This document shows, one piece after another, positions 1-10,210 of a stretch of 64,000 bases of DNA (position 1 is its first letter; each line of letters starts with the position of its first letter). Source of the stretch: an uncultured delta proteobacterium (GTDB lineage Bacteria > Desulfobacterota > Zymogenia > Zymogenales > Zymogenaceae). The notes beneath the pieces are model-generated. The model was not told the DNA's origin. It saw only the letters and a program-made list of their open reading frames with translations, and ran no database searches. The stretch spans positions 35,949-99,948 of the forward strand of contig CAWBYW010000010.1 in the NCBI GenBank assembly GCA_963792965.1. The letters are read 5' to 3'. The translations under genes and the position numbers were made by a program.

Positions 1-311
1 AATCCATCACGGTGGTCTGCGTTGAGCCGGGCAATATTCGGACCGACATCGGGGAGCATCGACTCCTCTGCGAGACCCAGTCCCCATACTACAGAAAAGC
101 GTTTGCCGCCGCATGCGAGGTGATCAACGAAACCGTCCGGGAGGGCGGGCCGCCCGAGGAGGTGGCCGAGGTGGTCTACCGGGTCATCAGGGCCCGGCGG
201 CCGAGGCTCCGCTATACCGCGGGAAAGGGGGCGGCATCGACGATGCTGTTGTTCTCGATCCTTCCTCATCGGATTATCGAGCGGATCATGCGGCGCTATT
301 ACCGGCAGTAA
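1..311 (+). CDS. SDR family oxidoreductase, C-terminal part (runs off window start)
   Basis: VxxVEPGNIRT motif and PEEVAEVVYRVI...RLRY tail typical of classical SDR C-termini. Confidence 0.8.
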   Translation, partial: SITVVCVEPGNIRTDIGEHRLLCETQSPYYRKAFAAACEVINETVREGGPPEEVAEVVYRVIRARRPRLRYTAGKGAASTMLLFSILPHRIIERIMRRYYRQ

Positions 312-361
312 GGTAAGAGGCGGATTTAGCCAAGTATAGTGGGAACAATCGCGACTCCGTT

Positions 362-1684
362 ATGAAAACGATAACCAATCAAAATCCAATCCGCAACGTA
401 GTTTTTTTATTTATTCTATTGACATTGCTCCCTTTGGTTTTCTCCTTTCCACCTATCCCCTTCCTCGGCAAGTATTTCGGCGCTAAGGTCCAACTTCTGG
501 AAATCGCGTTTGCGATAATTTTTCCCATATGGGTCATCTCGAATATCATCAGAGGAAATTTCAGGCCGCACATGCCGCCGGGCTCTCTGTTATTTCTCGC
601 CTTTGTTGCAGTTGCCCTCGTTTCCTCACTTATTTCCATTACGCCAAAAAGGTCATTGATTGATACCGCGGGTTTTTTCTATCTCTTCCTCCTCTTTTTC
701 CTCTTCTATAACCTTATTGATAAAAGACATCTTATCCTTCTATCCATAAGATATCTGCTTTTTATTTCGCTGGCGGTCGTTCTCATCGGTCTGGTCGGCT
801 TTATTCTATATAGGAACTTCGGTATCACAAACTTCGCTATGGACGTATTCGGCATTTTCCTCGGTGTAGATCTTGTCAGGATTAAATCAACGTTTTTCAA
901 CGGTAACTATTTCGTCATGTTCCTTGGTTTTTCTGCTGTCATTGCCCTCACGATTCTCGCGATTGATGAGAAAAGATGGGTAAAAGACCTTGCCTTGTTC
1001 CTCATCGCATTGATTTGTATCGTCCTGGTCTGCGCACTATATCGCGGTGCCTTCGTCGTATGGGGTGTGCTGCTTTTCGGTGCCTTTCATTTCAAGAAGA
1101 CGAGGCTTCTTGCTTTCATACGAACCGGCTTACTCGTCCTATTTCCCACCTTTTTTCTCCTTTTTGCCGCGCAGGGATACCTCAATATTTCTCCGGTGCA
1201 GATAAACCATGATCCGGTACGAGAGCGCGTGGGTGTTTCACTATCAACAAGGCCGTCGGTATATGCCAACTTACATATGGTGGCTTTAGAACTTTTTGTC
1301 GATAATCCTATTTTCGGAATCGGACCGGCCAACTTCAACGAGTACGTAGATCGTCCGGAATACGGCTTCGATTTTGTCCACCATCCCTATCGGAATCTCG
1401 ACCCGCATAGCACGTATCTCGGGTATCTTGCTGAAACGGGTCTCCTCGGTTTCTTATTCGTCTTCTCTTTCTTAATACGTCTTGGGATAGCGATTAATAA
1501 GGAAAAGGGAAGAGTTGACTTCGTTCAGAGAAAGTATCTCGCTTTCTTCATTCCTTACTTCGTACTGATGCTGATCTACGCGCTGTTCATCGATATCATC
1601 ACGATACGTTTTTTGTATTTTGCATACGCGCTTGCAGCCGTTAGGCTTCCTCAAAAAGAGATGACAAATGATTCTGAGAAATGA
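362..1684 (+). CDS. O-antigen ligase/Wzy_C family membrane protein
   Basis: Many hydrophobic segments; NPIFGIGPANF...HSTYLGYLAETGLLG motif; visibly more AT-rich than flanks. Confidence 0.8.
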   Translation: MKTITNQNPIRNVVFLFILLTLLPLVFSFPPIPFLGKYFGAKVQLLEIAFAIIFPIWVISNIIRGNFRPHMPPGSLLFLAFVAVALVSSLISITPKRSLIDTAGFFYLFLLFFLFYNLIDKRHLILLSIRYLLFISLAVVLIGLVGFILYRNFGITNFAMDVFGIFLGVDLVRIKSTFFNGNYFVMFLGFSAVIALTILAIDEKRWVKDLALFLIALICIVLVCALYRGAFVVWGVLLFGAFHFKKTRLLAFIRTGLLVLFPTFFLLFAAQGYLNISPVQINHDPVRERVGVSLSTRPSVYANLHMVALELFVDNPIFGIGPANFNEYVDRPEYGFDFVHHPYRNLDPHSTYLGYLAETGLLGFLFVFSFLIRLGIAINKEKGRVDFVQRKYLAFFIPYFVLMLIYALFIDIITIRFLYFAYALAAVRLPQKEMTNDSEK

Positions 1685-2442
1685 AGATAATGAGCAGTAA
1701 GAAAAACGAGAAAGACTTGACGCCTGAAAGAGCTACGTATCATCGTCTCGTCGCCATCAAATACATGCTTCCTGAATGGCTCCGCTATCGGTTGGACCCT
1801 TATAATACCAGCGCAGATCGTTTCATCGCGCAAGCCGCCGCGTCATTACCTTCCGGGTCAAGGGTCCTCGATGCGGGGGCCGGTGAATGCCGGCACAAGA
1901 TCTTTTTTGAAGATGCTCGATATTATGGTACCGATAATGCGGTTGGTGACTGTATCGCGTATGACTACGCGAAGCTGAGTTTTCTTTCGGATATAACAGC
2001 TCTGCCGGTGGCAGATAGGGTAATGGAAGCGATACTTAGCGTCAATGTTCTGGAGCATATTAAAGAGCCTGGTGACGCGCTTACAGAGTGGTTCCGCGTT
2101 CTTAGATCAAAGGGACACCTCTTTATGGTTTCTCCCCTTTCGTGGCAGGTACACCAGGCGCCCAATGATTTCATGCGATTTACATGCTTTGGGCTCGAGT
2201 ACTTGCTTAAGAAGGCTGGTTTCGTCAATATTGATATAAGACCAGTAGGTGGGACCTTCTGGAACTTAGGACTAAGGTCCCTCTATCTCCTAACGCACTT
2301 CAGAGGGAGACTATTTCCTTTCGCGATAATTTTTTCGCCACTATTTGCTATATTTATCCCGCTTCTTTGTTTCTATTTGGATAAGTTGGATCAGAAAAAA
2401 GAAGACACGATCGGCTATCTGGTTACCGCTCAAAAGATATAG
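1681..2442 (+). CDS. Class I SAM-dependent methyltransferase
   Basis: VLDAGAGE motif I, VLEHI motif; ATGA overlap with the previous gene. Confidence 0.85.
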   Translation: MKIMSSKKNEKDLTPERATYHRLVAIKYMLPEWLRYRLDPYNTSADRFIAQAAASLPSGSRVLDAGAGECRHKIFFEDARYYGTDNAVGDCIAYDYAKLSFLSDITALPVADRVMEAILSVNVLEHIKEPGDALTEWFRVLRSKGHLFMVSPLSWQVHQAPNDFMRFTCFGLEYLLKKAGFVNIDIRPVGGTFWNLGLRSLYLLTHFRGRLFPFAIIFSPLFAIFIPLLCFYLDKLDQKKEDTIGYLVTAQKI

Positions 2443-2453
2443 ACTGGATTTCA

Positions 2454-3995
2454 TTACTGGATCTTCCCCTCTCCCCGCGCGAAGTCCACGGCGGAGATCT
2501 CCGCCTCCAGGATGAACTGATAGGCGAACATCCGCGGCCAGATCCGCATAAACGCATAGTAGATCCGCTCGATGATCATCGGAATGTTGCTTTTTCCCCG
2601 CGCGGAGAAGACGATCTCAAAGGGGATAGGGGTATAGTGCGTCCCAACGACCTTGTATCCCGCGCCGGCGACGAGGTCGGTGAACGTGTCCAGCGTGTAA
2701 AGCTTCACGTGGGTGTCGTCGAGTATCCCGCGGGAGCCATACTTGAAGCGCCCCAACAGAAGACTCATCCGGTAAAACCAGATGGCAACGTTGCCGGTGG
2801 AGACGATGAGCCTGCCGTCGCTCTTGAGCAGGAGCGAGAGATGCGCCAGCACCTCCCGGGCGTTCTTGAGATGCTCGATCACGTCCCCGGCAACGACGTA
2901 ATCGAATGTTCGTCCGAGCTTGAGCGTCGCCAAGCGCTCAAGGTCGTGACGGATATATTTATGGACATGTTTGCTCACCCGGTCCTTGGGCACGATGTCG
3001 ATCCCCCACAATGAGATATCCCTATCTTTCAGGAGCTCGGCCAGGAACCCGGAGGCGCAGCCGACGTCAAGCACCGTCGCGCCGGTCTTGATCATCCGTG
3101 CGATCTGTTTGTGGGAGCCGTAGGGGCTCTTCTTGAGCCGGTAGCCCTGGGCGTCTTCGACCACATAGCGTGATCTTCTCATGAGGTGTAGCTGATGGAG
3201 CCTGAATATGATGACGTCCTTGACCACGTCCTTTGCATACTTGATCCCGTTGACATAGCAGATTTCATCGCCGTAATACGTGGGGATGGGAACCTCGAAT
3301 ATATCCGCACCGAGCGCGAAGCACTGGATGATGATCTGGGTGTCGAAGTGAAAATCGTCCGTGTTGAGCTCAAAGGGGATTCTCTTGAGCACATCCATGC
3401 CGTAGAGCCGGTAGCCCGAATGGAATTCGGTCAGTGAGGTGTCCAACAGCAGATTTTCGAAAGCCGTGAGGGTGATGTTGCCGATGAACTTATAGAACGG
3501 CATTTTTCCCCTCAACGCGTCCGACTTCTTCATCATCCGGGAGCCGAAGACGACCTCTTTTTTTTGGTAGAGGACCGGCCAGATGAGATTGGGCATATAC
3601 TCGGGGGCGTACTGTCCGTCGCCATGGAGCAGGATGACGAAGTCGAAACCCTCCTCGATGGCGTACCGATAGCCGATCTTCTGGTTCCCGCCGTAGCCGT
3701 AGTTCCTCGGGTTGCGGAAGACACGGAGCTTATCCCATCGCTCCTGCCGCGTCAGCTCACGTCCGATCTCGTAGGTCTGATCGTCGGAGAAGTCGTCGAT
3801 GAGGTAGACGCACTCGAGGATATCGTAGATCTCTTGCGGGATCCGCTCCAGCGTCTTGGTGAGGGTGCCGGCGGCGTTGTAGGCGACAATAAAAACGGCA
3901 AACTTCGGGAAACGTTTGCCCATCTTCTTTTTTGCCCGTACGATGTCGTCTATCAGCCTTTGCGAAGGCACGAAGCTCCCGGGGTCATTATTCAT
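2454..3995 (-). CDS. Bifunctional GT2 glycosyltransferase / class I SAM methyltransferase
   Basis: N-terminal IVAYNAA..IDDFSDD..LHGDGQY (DPM1-like GT2); C-terminal VLDVGCASG..DVIEHL. Confidence 0.85.
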   Translation of the reverse strand: MNNDPGSFVPSQRLIDDIVRAKKKMGKRFPKFAVFIVAYNAAGTLTKTLERIPQEIYDILECVYLIDDFSDDQTYEIGRELTRQERWDKLRVFRNPRNYGYGGNQKIGYRYAIEEGFDFVILLHGDGQYAPEYMPNLIWPVLYQKKEVVFGSRMMKKSDALRGKMPFYKFIGNITLTAFENLLLDTSLTEFHSGYRLYGMDVLKRIPFELNTDDFHFDTQIIIQCFALGADIFEVPIPTYYGDEICYVNGIKYAKDVVKDVIIFRLHQLHLMRRSRYVVEDAQGYRLKKSPYGSHKQIARMIKTGATVLDVGCASGFLAELLKDRDISLWGIDIVPKDRVSKHVHKYIRHDLERLATLKLGRTFDYVVAGDVIEHLKNAREVLAHLSLLLKSDGRLIVSTGNVAIWFYRMSLLLGRFKYGSRGILDDTHVKLYTLDTFTDLVAGAGYKVVGTHYTPIPFEIVFSARGKSNIPMIIERIYYAFMRIWPRMFAYQFILEAEISAVDFARGEGKIQ

Positions 3996-4231
3996 CGCGG
4001 TCGTCCGAGTGTGTGATTCTTTCAAGGCTACCCTACCCCATCGGTCCGGATTTGTCAAGGCCGGCGCCGTACCGGGTGCGGTCCTGTCGTCTCTTGCCGC
4101 TCACACGGCGCGATATCCCGCCGAGAGCACTGGTATGGGTCTGAGGGGCGGAAGGAAAAGGAGGAACGATAGAACGGCACAAGCTTTCATCATTCGGGGA
4201 ATGAATTTGTGGTGACAAAACGAGCGGGGCG

Positions 4232-4960
4232 TCACTCATTGGGGAACTGAGATGGCGGGCTGTAACATTCCGTATATGAAGACTCGGGGATCGGCTTGAT
4301 CGTCGATTCGAACCAGAGCCACAGGGTTTCGAAGAACCCCTTCTTTTCGAACCGCCTGACGGAATAGAGGATGACCATGCCGGGCTCGAAGCGGACGGTA
4401 AGGCGATAACGCCTCAGCTGCTGGGACAGGCGCACATCCTCTCCCACGAATTCCGGAAACCCGCCGACACGAAGGAAGAGCTCTTTAGTGATGGCCATGT
4501 TGTTCCCTGCGACGAAGTAGACCCCGAAATGGTTACCGATAAAAAGCACGGTGAAGACAACGAGATTGTACAGGTTATACCAGACGAATTTCAGGGGGTT
4601 TTCGGCCTCGAAAAGGTTCAATCCCGAGATCGCGTGAAGTCGCGGATTGTCGGCAAAGACCCGAGAAACCCTTTTTACCCAGTTTCTGGATACACGGGAA
4701 TCGGCGTCAATAAAACAGAGGATAGACCCTGTGGCGTGTCGGGCCCCGAAGTTCCGCGCCGAGGAAATTCCTTGCTTTCGGCACAGGAGCACCCGGTCGG
4801 CAAAGCCCCGGGCGACGGCGGGGGTGGAGTCTGTGCTGTTGTTATCTACGACGATCAGCTCAAACCCCGTCTCAGTCTGGTTCTTCAGACTTTTGAGGCA
4901 TCGGCCGAGATACTCTTCCTCATTGTATGCCGGTATGATCACACTTATCTTCGAATCCAT
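4232..4960 (-). CDS. Glycosyltransferase family 2
   Basis: ISVIIPAYNEE, VVDNNSTD, FIDAD motifs. Confidence 0.9.
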   Translation of the reverse strand: MDSKISVIIPAYNEEEYLGRCLKSLKNQTETGFELIVVDNNSTDSTPAVARGFADRVLLCRKQGISSARNFGARHATGSILCFIDADSRVSRNWVKRVSRVFADNPRLHAISGLNLFEAENPLKFVWYNLYNLVVFTVLFIGNHFGVYFVAGNNMAITKELFLRVGGFPEFVGEDVRLSQQLRRYRLTVRFEPGMVILYSVRRFEKKGFFETLWLWFESTIKPIPESSYTECYSPPSQFPNE

Positions 4961-4974
4961 TGTCGTCACCCTCA

Positions 4975-5340
4975 CTAAAATAGACTGTTCTCGATTATTC
5001 CCGAACGCATGAGCCACCGAAACACCAACAGCAGGATGGGGATAACGATCGGCATCGAGAATACGACGGATATCCCCCAGAGCACGAAAGAGGCTTTTAC
5101 TTTCACGTCCTGCCTGTCGTGATTCAGCCCTTCACAATATACACTGATGATCTTTTCGCCGGGTCGATAACGTTTACCCGGTTCAGTTTCAATTCTCATT
5201 TCGGTGCCCGGCGGACAGACGAGTGGGCTCACCATCCGTATGAAATCGGGACGGATCGGGAGGATGAGCGCCAAGACGAAGGTCGCCAGCCAGATCGACG
5301 CAACCACGACGGCAAGTATGAATATCAGGAGGACCATCAT
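4975..5340 (-). CDS. Hypothetical two-TM membrane protein
   Basis: Two hydrophobic stretches flanking a Cys-containing loop; co-oriented with neighbours. Confidence 0.55.
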   Translation of the reverse strand: MMVLLIFILAVVVASIWLATFVLALILPIRPDFIRMVSPLVCPPGTEMRIETEPGKRYRPGEKIISVYCEGLNHDRQDVKVKASFVLWGISVVFSMPIVIPILLLVFRWLMRSGIIENSLF

Positions 5341-5420
5341 GCCCTGCTTTTCATCCTGCAGCAAAGTCGCCGGGCCTACGTCGGCCCTTATTGCCGGCAC
5401 TACGACCGGTGAGGTGGGCG

Positions 5421-6314
5421 TTATGCTGCAATCGGCGTGATGACGGCGGAGTCGAGGGCCTGCCACTCATAACTGAGGATGTCCCAATCCAGCGCCTCGC
5501 CTCTTTTGTCCTTGGTCTTGAAGGCGAACGCGCAGCAGTCGTCTCCTTTCGCGCGGCATTTTACCTCCCGGCACTCGACCGACTTGCCGCTCAGCCTCGA
5601 AACGACCCCCTCGAAGAAACCCTCCATGTAGTTTGCCAATATTTTGCAGACCGGCTTGTCGGAGGTGACCCCTTCGGATTCGAATGTGTTGGCGCATTTG
5701 GCCAGAACCATATAGTTACCGTCCTGGCCGACCCGGAAAACCGACCGCGCCAGCGACCACCCGGCGATATTGAAGGTATTTCTGAATACCTGCTCATCCT
5801 GGGACGCCATGGCGGCGTCGAGGTCCACCCATCCGTAATTCTGCAGGGCGGTGTCTCCCACCGAAATGCCCCCTTTCCTGGAGACGCTTCGTATGACGGC
5901 GTTTGCCCCGTTTTCCTTGAGAATGTCGACGAGGACGGCCTTAAACTGTTGAATGGTAAAGACGTCCTGGAGGATCCAGACGGTGTCGCCAAAGACGACG
6001 ACTTCTCTGGGCTCACGACCCCAGGCCACCGACGCGGGCAGCGTGCTGTCGTCTTTTGAGAGGGGAAGAATCCTCCGGTCGAAGCATTTGATCAGAGTCC
6101 TGAAGGTGGGCTTTTCCCTCAAGACATCCGACAGACCGACGCGCTCCACGAGCTTTCTCATGACAAGGGCTACGCCGGCGTGTCCGAGAACCGAGACGAT
6201 CTCCGGGAAGAACCCGTCCCAAAATCCCCTCCGCAGAAGGATTAACCTTTCTCGACCACCTTTGCGGTTGAGCAGCAATGATCCAGATCCTGGGTCATAC
6301 GTGACTGTGTTCAT
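5421..6314 (-). CDS. V4R (4-vinyl reductase) domain protein
   Basis: NTFE..PVC...GFFEG...ECREVKCRAKGDDCCAF V4R signature; GGAGG RBS before ATG 6314. Confidence 0.8.
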   Translation of the reverse strand: MNTVTYDPGSGSLLLNRKGGRERLILLRRGFWDGFFPEIVSVLGHAGVALVMRKLVERVGLSDVLREKPTFRTLIKCFDRRILPLSKDDSTLPASVAWGREPREVVVFGDTVWILQDVFTIQQFKAVLVDILKENGANAVIRSVSRKGGISVGDTALQNYGWVDLDAAMASQDEQVFRNTFNIAGWSLARSVFRVGQDGNYMVLAKCANTFESEGVTSDKPVCKILANYMEGFFEGVVSRLSGKSVECREVKCRAKGDDCCAFAFKTKDKRGEALDWDILSYEWQALDSAVITPIAA

Positions 6315-6481
6315 TTTTCTCTTGCCTCCATCTTGTCTGTAGAACCGATACAAGAACGAATGTGTTCTTACCGACAGACTATAGGACGGGACTATAAAGA
6401 GCGTATAAGACCTCCGTAATTTCTTGATAAATTTGACGTGGCGGACTTTGAGGTGTGAAGAATCTCAGTGGCGACGGGAGG

Positions 6482-7492
6482 TTACCGGACCTGTTGCACA
6501 GAATCGTCCGCGGCGTCGCCCGACGGGCCGCGTATCTCTATCTCGTTTAGCACGGGGAGGAAGTCCTGCGTTCCCCGCTTAACGTATTGCGTCGCACGGA
6601 TCGACCCGTCTTCTTTGAGCGTGATGACATTGAAGCTATGGCCGGAGATCCTTGTCCATTCGTCACTTCTGATACAGCACGATCCGCACCCGAGGACCGA
6701 GATCTCCTTGACGGTGCCGACATGGTCGAAATAGGCCGCCCGGCAAAACTGGGCAAAGTGACGGTGACCGTGAAGAATCAAATCGAACTTTTCCTGGATG
6801 AGCCGGTAGAGGAAGACGCCCGCATTTTCCAGCATCATAAACGACTCGTCGGCAACCCTCGGGAGGAAATTGTATTTCGTCGGCATCGGATGATGATGAA
6901 GGATGGCGATCTTAAACGAGCGTCTGTATGCGTCGGCGGACTCCGATCTCTTCAGGCTCTTGGCCCAGTCGGAAAAGGCGTCCAGGTCCTGCTCGAGGAT
7001 GAGGCCGTGGGACATGAAGCGTAAGAGCTGAATACTCTTTCTCCAGAATCCTCCCCTCGGCTCGTAGAGCTGGTTGGAGTCGAACGCCGCGATTGCTATC
7101 GGGACATCGGGCCTGAAGAAGTTGCCCCGCTCCTCTTCGGTGAAGGCCTCATAGAATTTCCTGGTTCTTCTTAAGCCATAGGTGCCTTTGTAAAAGAAGT
7201 CGTGATTGCCGGGCACGACCCGCAGCACCGGCGTAAAATCATGAAAGGCCTCGATGTCCCTCATGGCGCTCCTCAGCATCGCGGCGGGGACGGAAAAATC
7301 ACCCGTCGGGCCGTCCACGATGTCGCCCGTCACCAGTACGAACTGAGGCCCTATTTCAACGAGATGTGACATCACGTTGGCCAGCAGATCCAGGTTCTTA
7401 CCGTCATAATGAAAATCGGACAGGTGAACGATCTTCCATTCTTTCCCATCCGTTTGGTGTTTTTCTTTCATCGGGAAATTAATCAAAGGCAT
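6482..7492 (-). CDS. Calcineurin-like metallophosphoesterase (Icc/CpdA-like)
   Basis: DFH, TGD, GNHD, HHHP, GHRH motifs. Confidence 0.9.
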   Translation of the reverse strand: MPLINFPMKEKHQTDGKEWKIVHLSDFHYDGKNLDLLANVMSHLVEIGPQFVLVTGDIVDGPTGDFSVPAAMLRSAMRDIEAFHDFTPVLRVVPGNHDFFYKGTYGLRRTRKFYEAFTEEERGNFFRPDVPIAIAAFDSNQLYEPRGGFWRKSIQLLRFMSHGLILEQDLDAFSDWAKSLKRSESADAYRRSFKIAILHHHPMPTKYNFLPRVADESFMMLENAGVFLYRLIQEKFDLILHGHRHFAQFCRAAYFDHVGTVKEISVLGCGSCCIRSDEWTRISGHSFNVITLKEDGSIRATQYVKRGTQDFLPVLNEIEIRGPSGDAADDSVQQVR

Positions 7493-8787
7493 TAGCTTTT
7501 CTCGCGTTGAGTTATTAGTCCGGTTATATTCGTCTTCTCTTCTGATGTATCGCTTTTCGATGCGGTCGAGGGAATGCGGCGGCTAACGGACATGATCCGC
7601 CCTTTCTTGGCTCCCGATGGAAGCGGGGGGACGGATTTACTGTCGTGATCATCCACTCCGTCAACAAAAGGGGCACCGGAGCCGGAGGACCGTCTTCGCT
7701 CGGGAAGATAGCCCTCAATTACGCCGTCGTAGAGTCTTTTCACATTGTCGCCCGACGTGCTCATCGGCGGGAAGCCCTTCATCTCCTGCGCTTTCCGGAC
7801 ATCCCTGACGAGATCCAGATTACGCTGTAACACGGAATGGATCCATCCCCTTTCTTCATAATAGACCGAAAGGTATTCCTGCTCCGTCTGACCGGGAGTC
7901 GGTATAAAAAGGATACCTTTTTTGCCCAGCTCGGCAAGCTCCATCACGGTCGTATAGCCGCTCCGGGTGATGACGAACCGGGCCCGGTTCATGAGGTCGA
8001 CCATCTCATGTCGACTTGCGTGGGATTTGAGCACCGTGTCGTGACCCAGCCGCTGCTCCGATTCGGCGCCCGGATCTCCAAGGAGGATGACCTTCTTTCC
8101 GCCAAGCTCCCCGATCTGTCGAAGGATGAGCTCTTTCAATGCGTCTTTCGTCACCTTTGGTCCCGAAATGCTGATGAGATAATCGATGTCTTCCGGTATG
8201 TCCCGCCTTTCTATATCCGTGATAATCCCCGCGTAGTAAGCCCTTTTCTTCGTGGCCGGCCGTCTTGTGTATCCGAGCTTTCCGCTGAGCGACAACGGCC
8301 CGGGTGGGTTATCCGGTATAATGACCCGCTCATATTTTTTATGGTAGTGGCCGTTATAGACCTCCATCATCCGCTCGACGCGCTCGATGTTGCCGGGCGT
8401 GGAGAATCGGATCTGATGGGAGATAAAGAGCGAAGGAACGGACCGTGCATAGGCCCCGAATCGGTTATCGCTGATGACCAGGTCATAGCCGCCTTTCTTC
8501 ACGATCTTTGAGATCGCTCGATGCTCCTGGATGATATCCTTCTGCATGATCGGGAAAAGCCCCACCACGCGTGGGACCGAAAACCCGTCGCTCGTATACG
8601 GAGAGGGGTAATCGCGGACCTCGTAAAACTTCAGATCGGGAAATTCACGCGTCAAGAGCTCCAAGGCGATGCCTGTTGCGGCGATGCCGACCTCGTGTCC
8701 CTTCTGGAGCAGATGGTTGATGATGGGCACGTCCCGTGTCGCGTGTCCAAGCCCCCAGGAGAGCGGGGCGATTAATATTCTTGCCAT
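7492..8787 (-). CDS. GT-B glycosyltransferase (GT28 C-terminal-like)
   Basis: PLSWGLGHATR, ISDNRFG, RSGYTTVMEL, PTPGQTEQEYL motifs. Confidence 0.85.
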   Translation of the reverse strand: MARILIAPLSWGLGHATRDVPIINHLLQKGHEVGIAATGIALELLTREFPDLKFYEVRDYPSPYTSDGFSVPRVVGLFPIMQKDIIQEHRAISKIVKKGGYDLVISDNRFGAYARSVPSLFISHQIRFSTPGNIERVERMMEVYNGHYHKKYERVIIPDNPPGPLSLSGKLGYTRRPATKKRAYYAGIITDIERRDIPEDIDYLISISGPKVTKDALKELILRQIGELGGKKVILLGDPGAESEQRLGHDTVLKSHASRHEMVDLMNRARFVITRSGYTTVMELAELGKKGILFIPTPGQTEQEYLSVYYEERGWIHSVLQRNLDLVRDVRKAQEMKGFPPMSTSGDNVKRLYDGVIEGYLPERRRSSGSGAPFVDGVDDHDSKSVPPLPSGAKKGRIMSVSRRIPSTASKSDTSEEKTNITGLITQREKS

Positions 8788-8908
8788 AATATACGCACCC
8801 TTGTTCGGTTGCTATTCATTACTATTGATTATGTAGTGTAGAGAAAGATTCTAAAGTCGCGATGATTTTTATGTATAGATTTTGTAAATTCTAATTCCCC
8901 ACATCATA

Positions 8909-8936
8909 TTTACTCATTTCTTACAGATTCTTTATA
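8909..8936 (+). promoter_or_regulatory. Candidate Pho box upstream of pstS
   Basis: TTTACT (8909), CTTACA (8920), TTTATA (8931) at exact 11-bp spacing, about 90 bp upstream of pstS. Confidence 0.5.
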
Positions 8937-9027
8937 TAAAGCTTGCATGCCACAGGTATTTCTTGTGCAACATATCGAGACGGATCGATATGGTCGAAAG
9001 AAACAGCATAAAACATGGAGGTTTTGA

Positions 9028-10071
9028 ATGAAACAGATGCTGAGATTATTACTGGTGGTCGCCCTGGCGACAGGCCTCGCGACGGCTGCCTTTGCCGCCG
9101 AGACCGAGCTTCTCGGCGCGGGGGCTACGTTCCCCCAGCCCCTCTACACGAAGATGTTTGACGTTTACCACAACCAGTTCAAGGTGAAAGTCAACTATCA
9201 GGGCGTGGGGTCCGGGGCGGGGATCGAACAGCTCACAAAGAAGACCGTGGATTTTGGCGCCACCGACTCACCGATGAAGGACTCGGAACTGGCCAAGGCG
9301 CCGGCCCCGATCGTGCACGTTCCCATCGCCATGGGAGCCGTGGTGCTGACCTATAACCTGCCGGGCAATCCCCAGATCAGGCTTTCCCACACGGTGCTGG
9401 CGGACATCTTCCTGGGCACGATCAAGAAATGGAACGACAAGGCGATCGCCGGCCTCAACCCGGGCGTGAAGCTCCCGAATCTGCCGATCACCGTCGTCCA
9501 CAGGTCTGACGGCAGCGGCACGACCTCGATCTTCACCGACTACCTCTCGAAGGTCAGCCCCGAGTGGAAGGAAAAAGTCGGGGCCGGCAAAGAGGTCAGC
9601 TGGCCCACCGGGCTTGGCGCCAAGGGGAATCCCGGCGTGGCCGGACAGGTACAGAACCTCTCCGGGAGCATCGGATACGTCGAGCTGATTTACGCCCTGG
9701 CCAATACCATGCCCGTGGCAACGATCGAGAACAAAAGCGGTAAGTATATTGTACCCTCGCTTGAGTCTACGAAGGTTTCCGGGGAAGTCGCCATACCGGA
9801 CGATACGCGGGTATCCTTGACCGATACCGACGCGGCGGAAGGCTATCCGATCACGGGCCTGACCTGGATCATCCTCTATAAAGAGCAGAACTACGACGGA
9901 AGAGGAATGGATAAGGCGAAGGCGCTGGTAGATCTCGTCTGGTGGATGACCCACGAGGGACAGAAGAACTGCGAGCCGCTCAAGTACGCCCCGATTCCAG
10001 CACCGGCGGTGGAAAAAGCGGAGAAGATCATCAAGTCGATCACCTACGGCGGAAAGCCGATCAAAAAGTAA
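9028..10071 (+). CDS. pstS: Phosphate ABC transporter substrate-binding protein PstS
   Basis: Signal peptide; GAGATFPQPLY, GSGAG, DFGATD, RSDGSGTT, YPI motifs; GGAGG RBS. Confidence 0.95.
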   Translation: MKQMLRLLLVVALATGLATAAFAAETELLGAGATFPQPLYTKMFDVYHNQFKVKVNYQGVGSGAGIEQLTKKTVDFGATDSPMKDSELAKAPAPIVHVPIAMGAVVLTYNLPGNPQIRLSHTVLADIFLGTIKKWNDKAIAGLNPGVKLPNLPITVVHRSDGSGTTSIFTDYLSKVSPEWKEKVGAGKEVSWPTGLGAKGNPGVAGQVQNLSGSIGYVELIYALANTMPVATIENKSGKYIVPSLESTKVSGEVAIPDDTRVSLTDTDAAEGYPITGLTWIILYKEQNYDGRGMDKAKALVDLVWWMTHEGQKNCEPLKYAPIPAPAVEKAEKIIKSITYGGKPIKK

Positions 10072-10081
10072 CCGATTTTGC

Positions 10082-10106
10082 GGGTGAGGGGAATCCCCCT
10101 CACCCG
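10082..10106 (+). terminator. Stem-loop after pstS
   Basis: GGGTGAGGGG-AATC-CCCCTCACCC inverted repeat followed by GTCGTTTT. Confidence 0.6.
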
Positions 10107-10210
10107 TCGTTTTCTATCACATATATATGGGATTCATTATTCGTCGTAAATGACATTGTCCTTATCGACGGTCGATAAGGGTTTGTAGCATAAAACTTTG
10201 GAGGTAGTCA

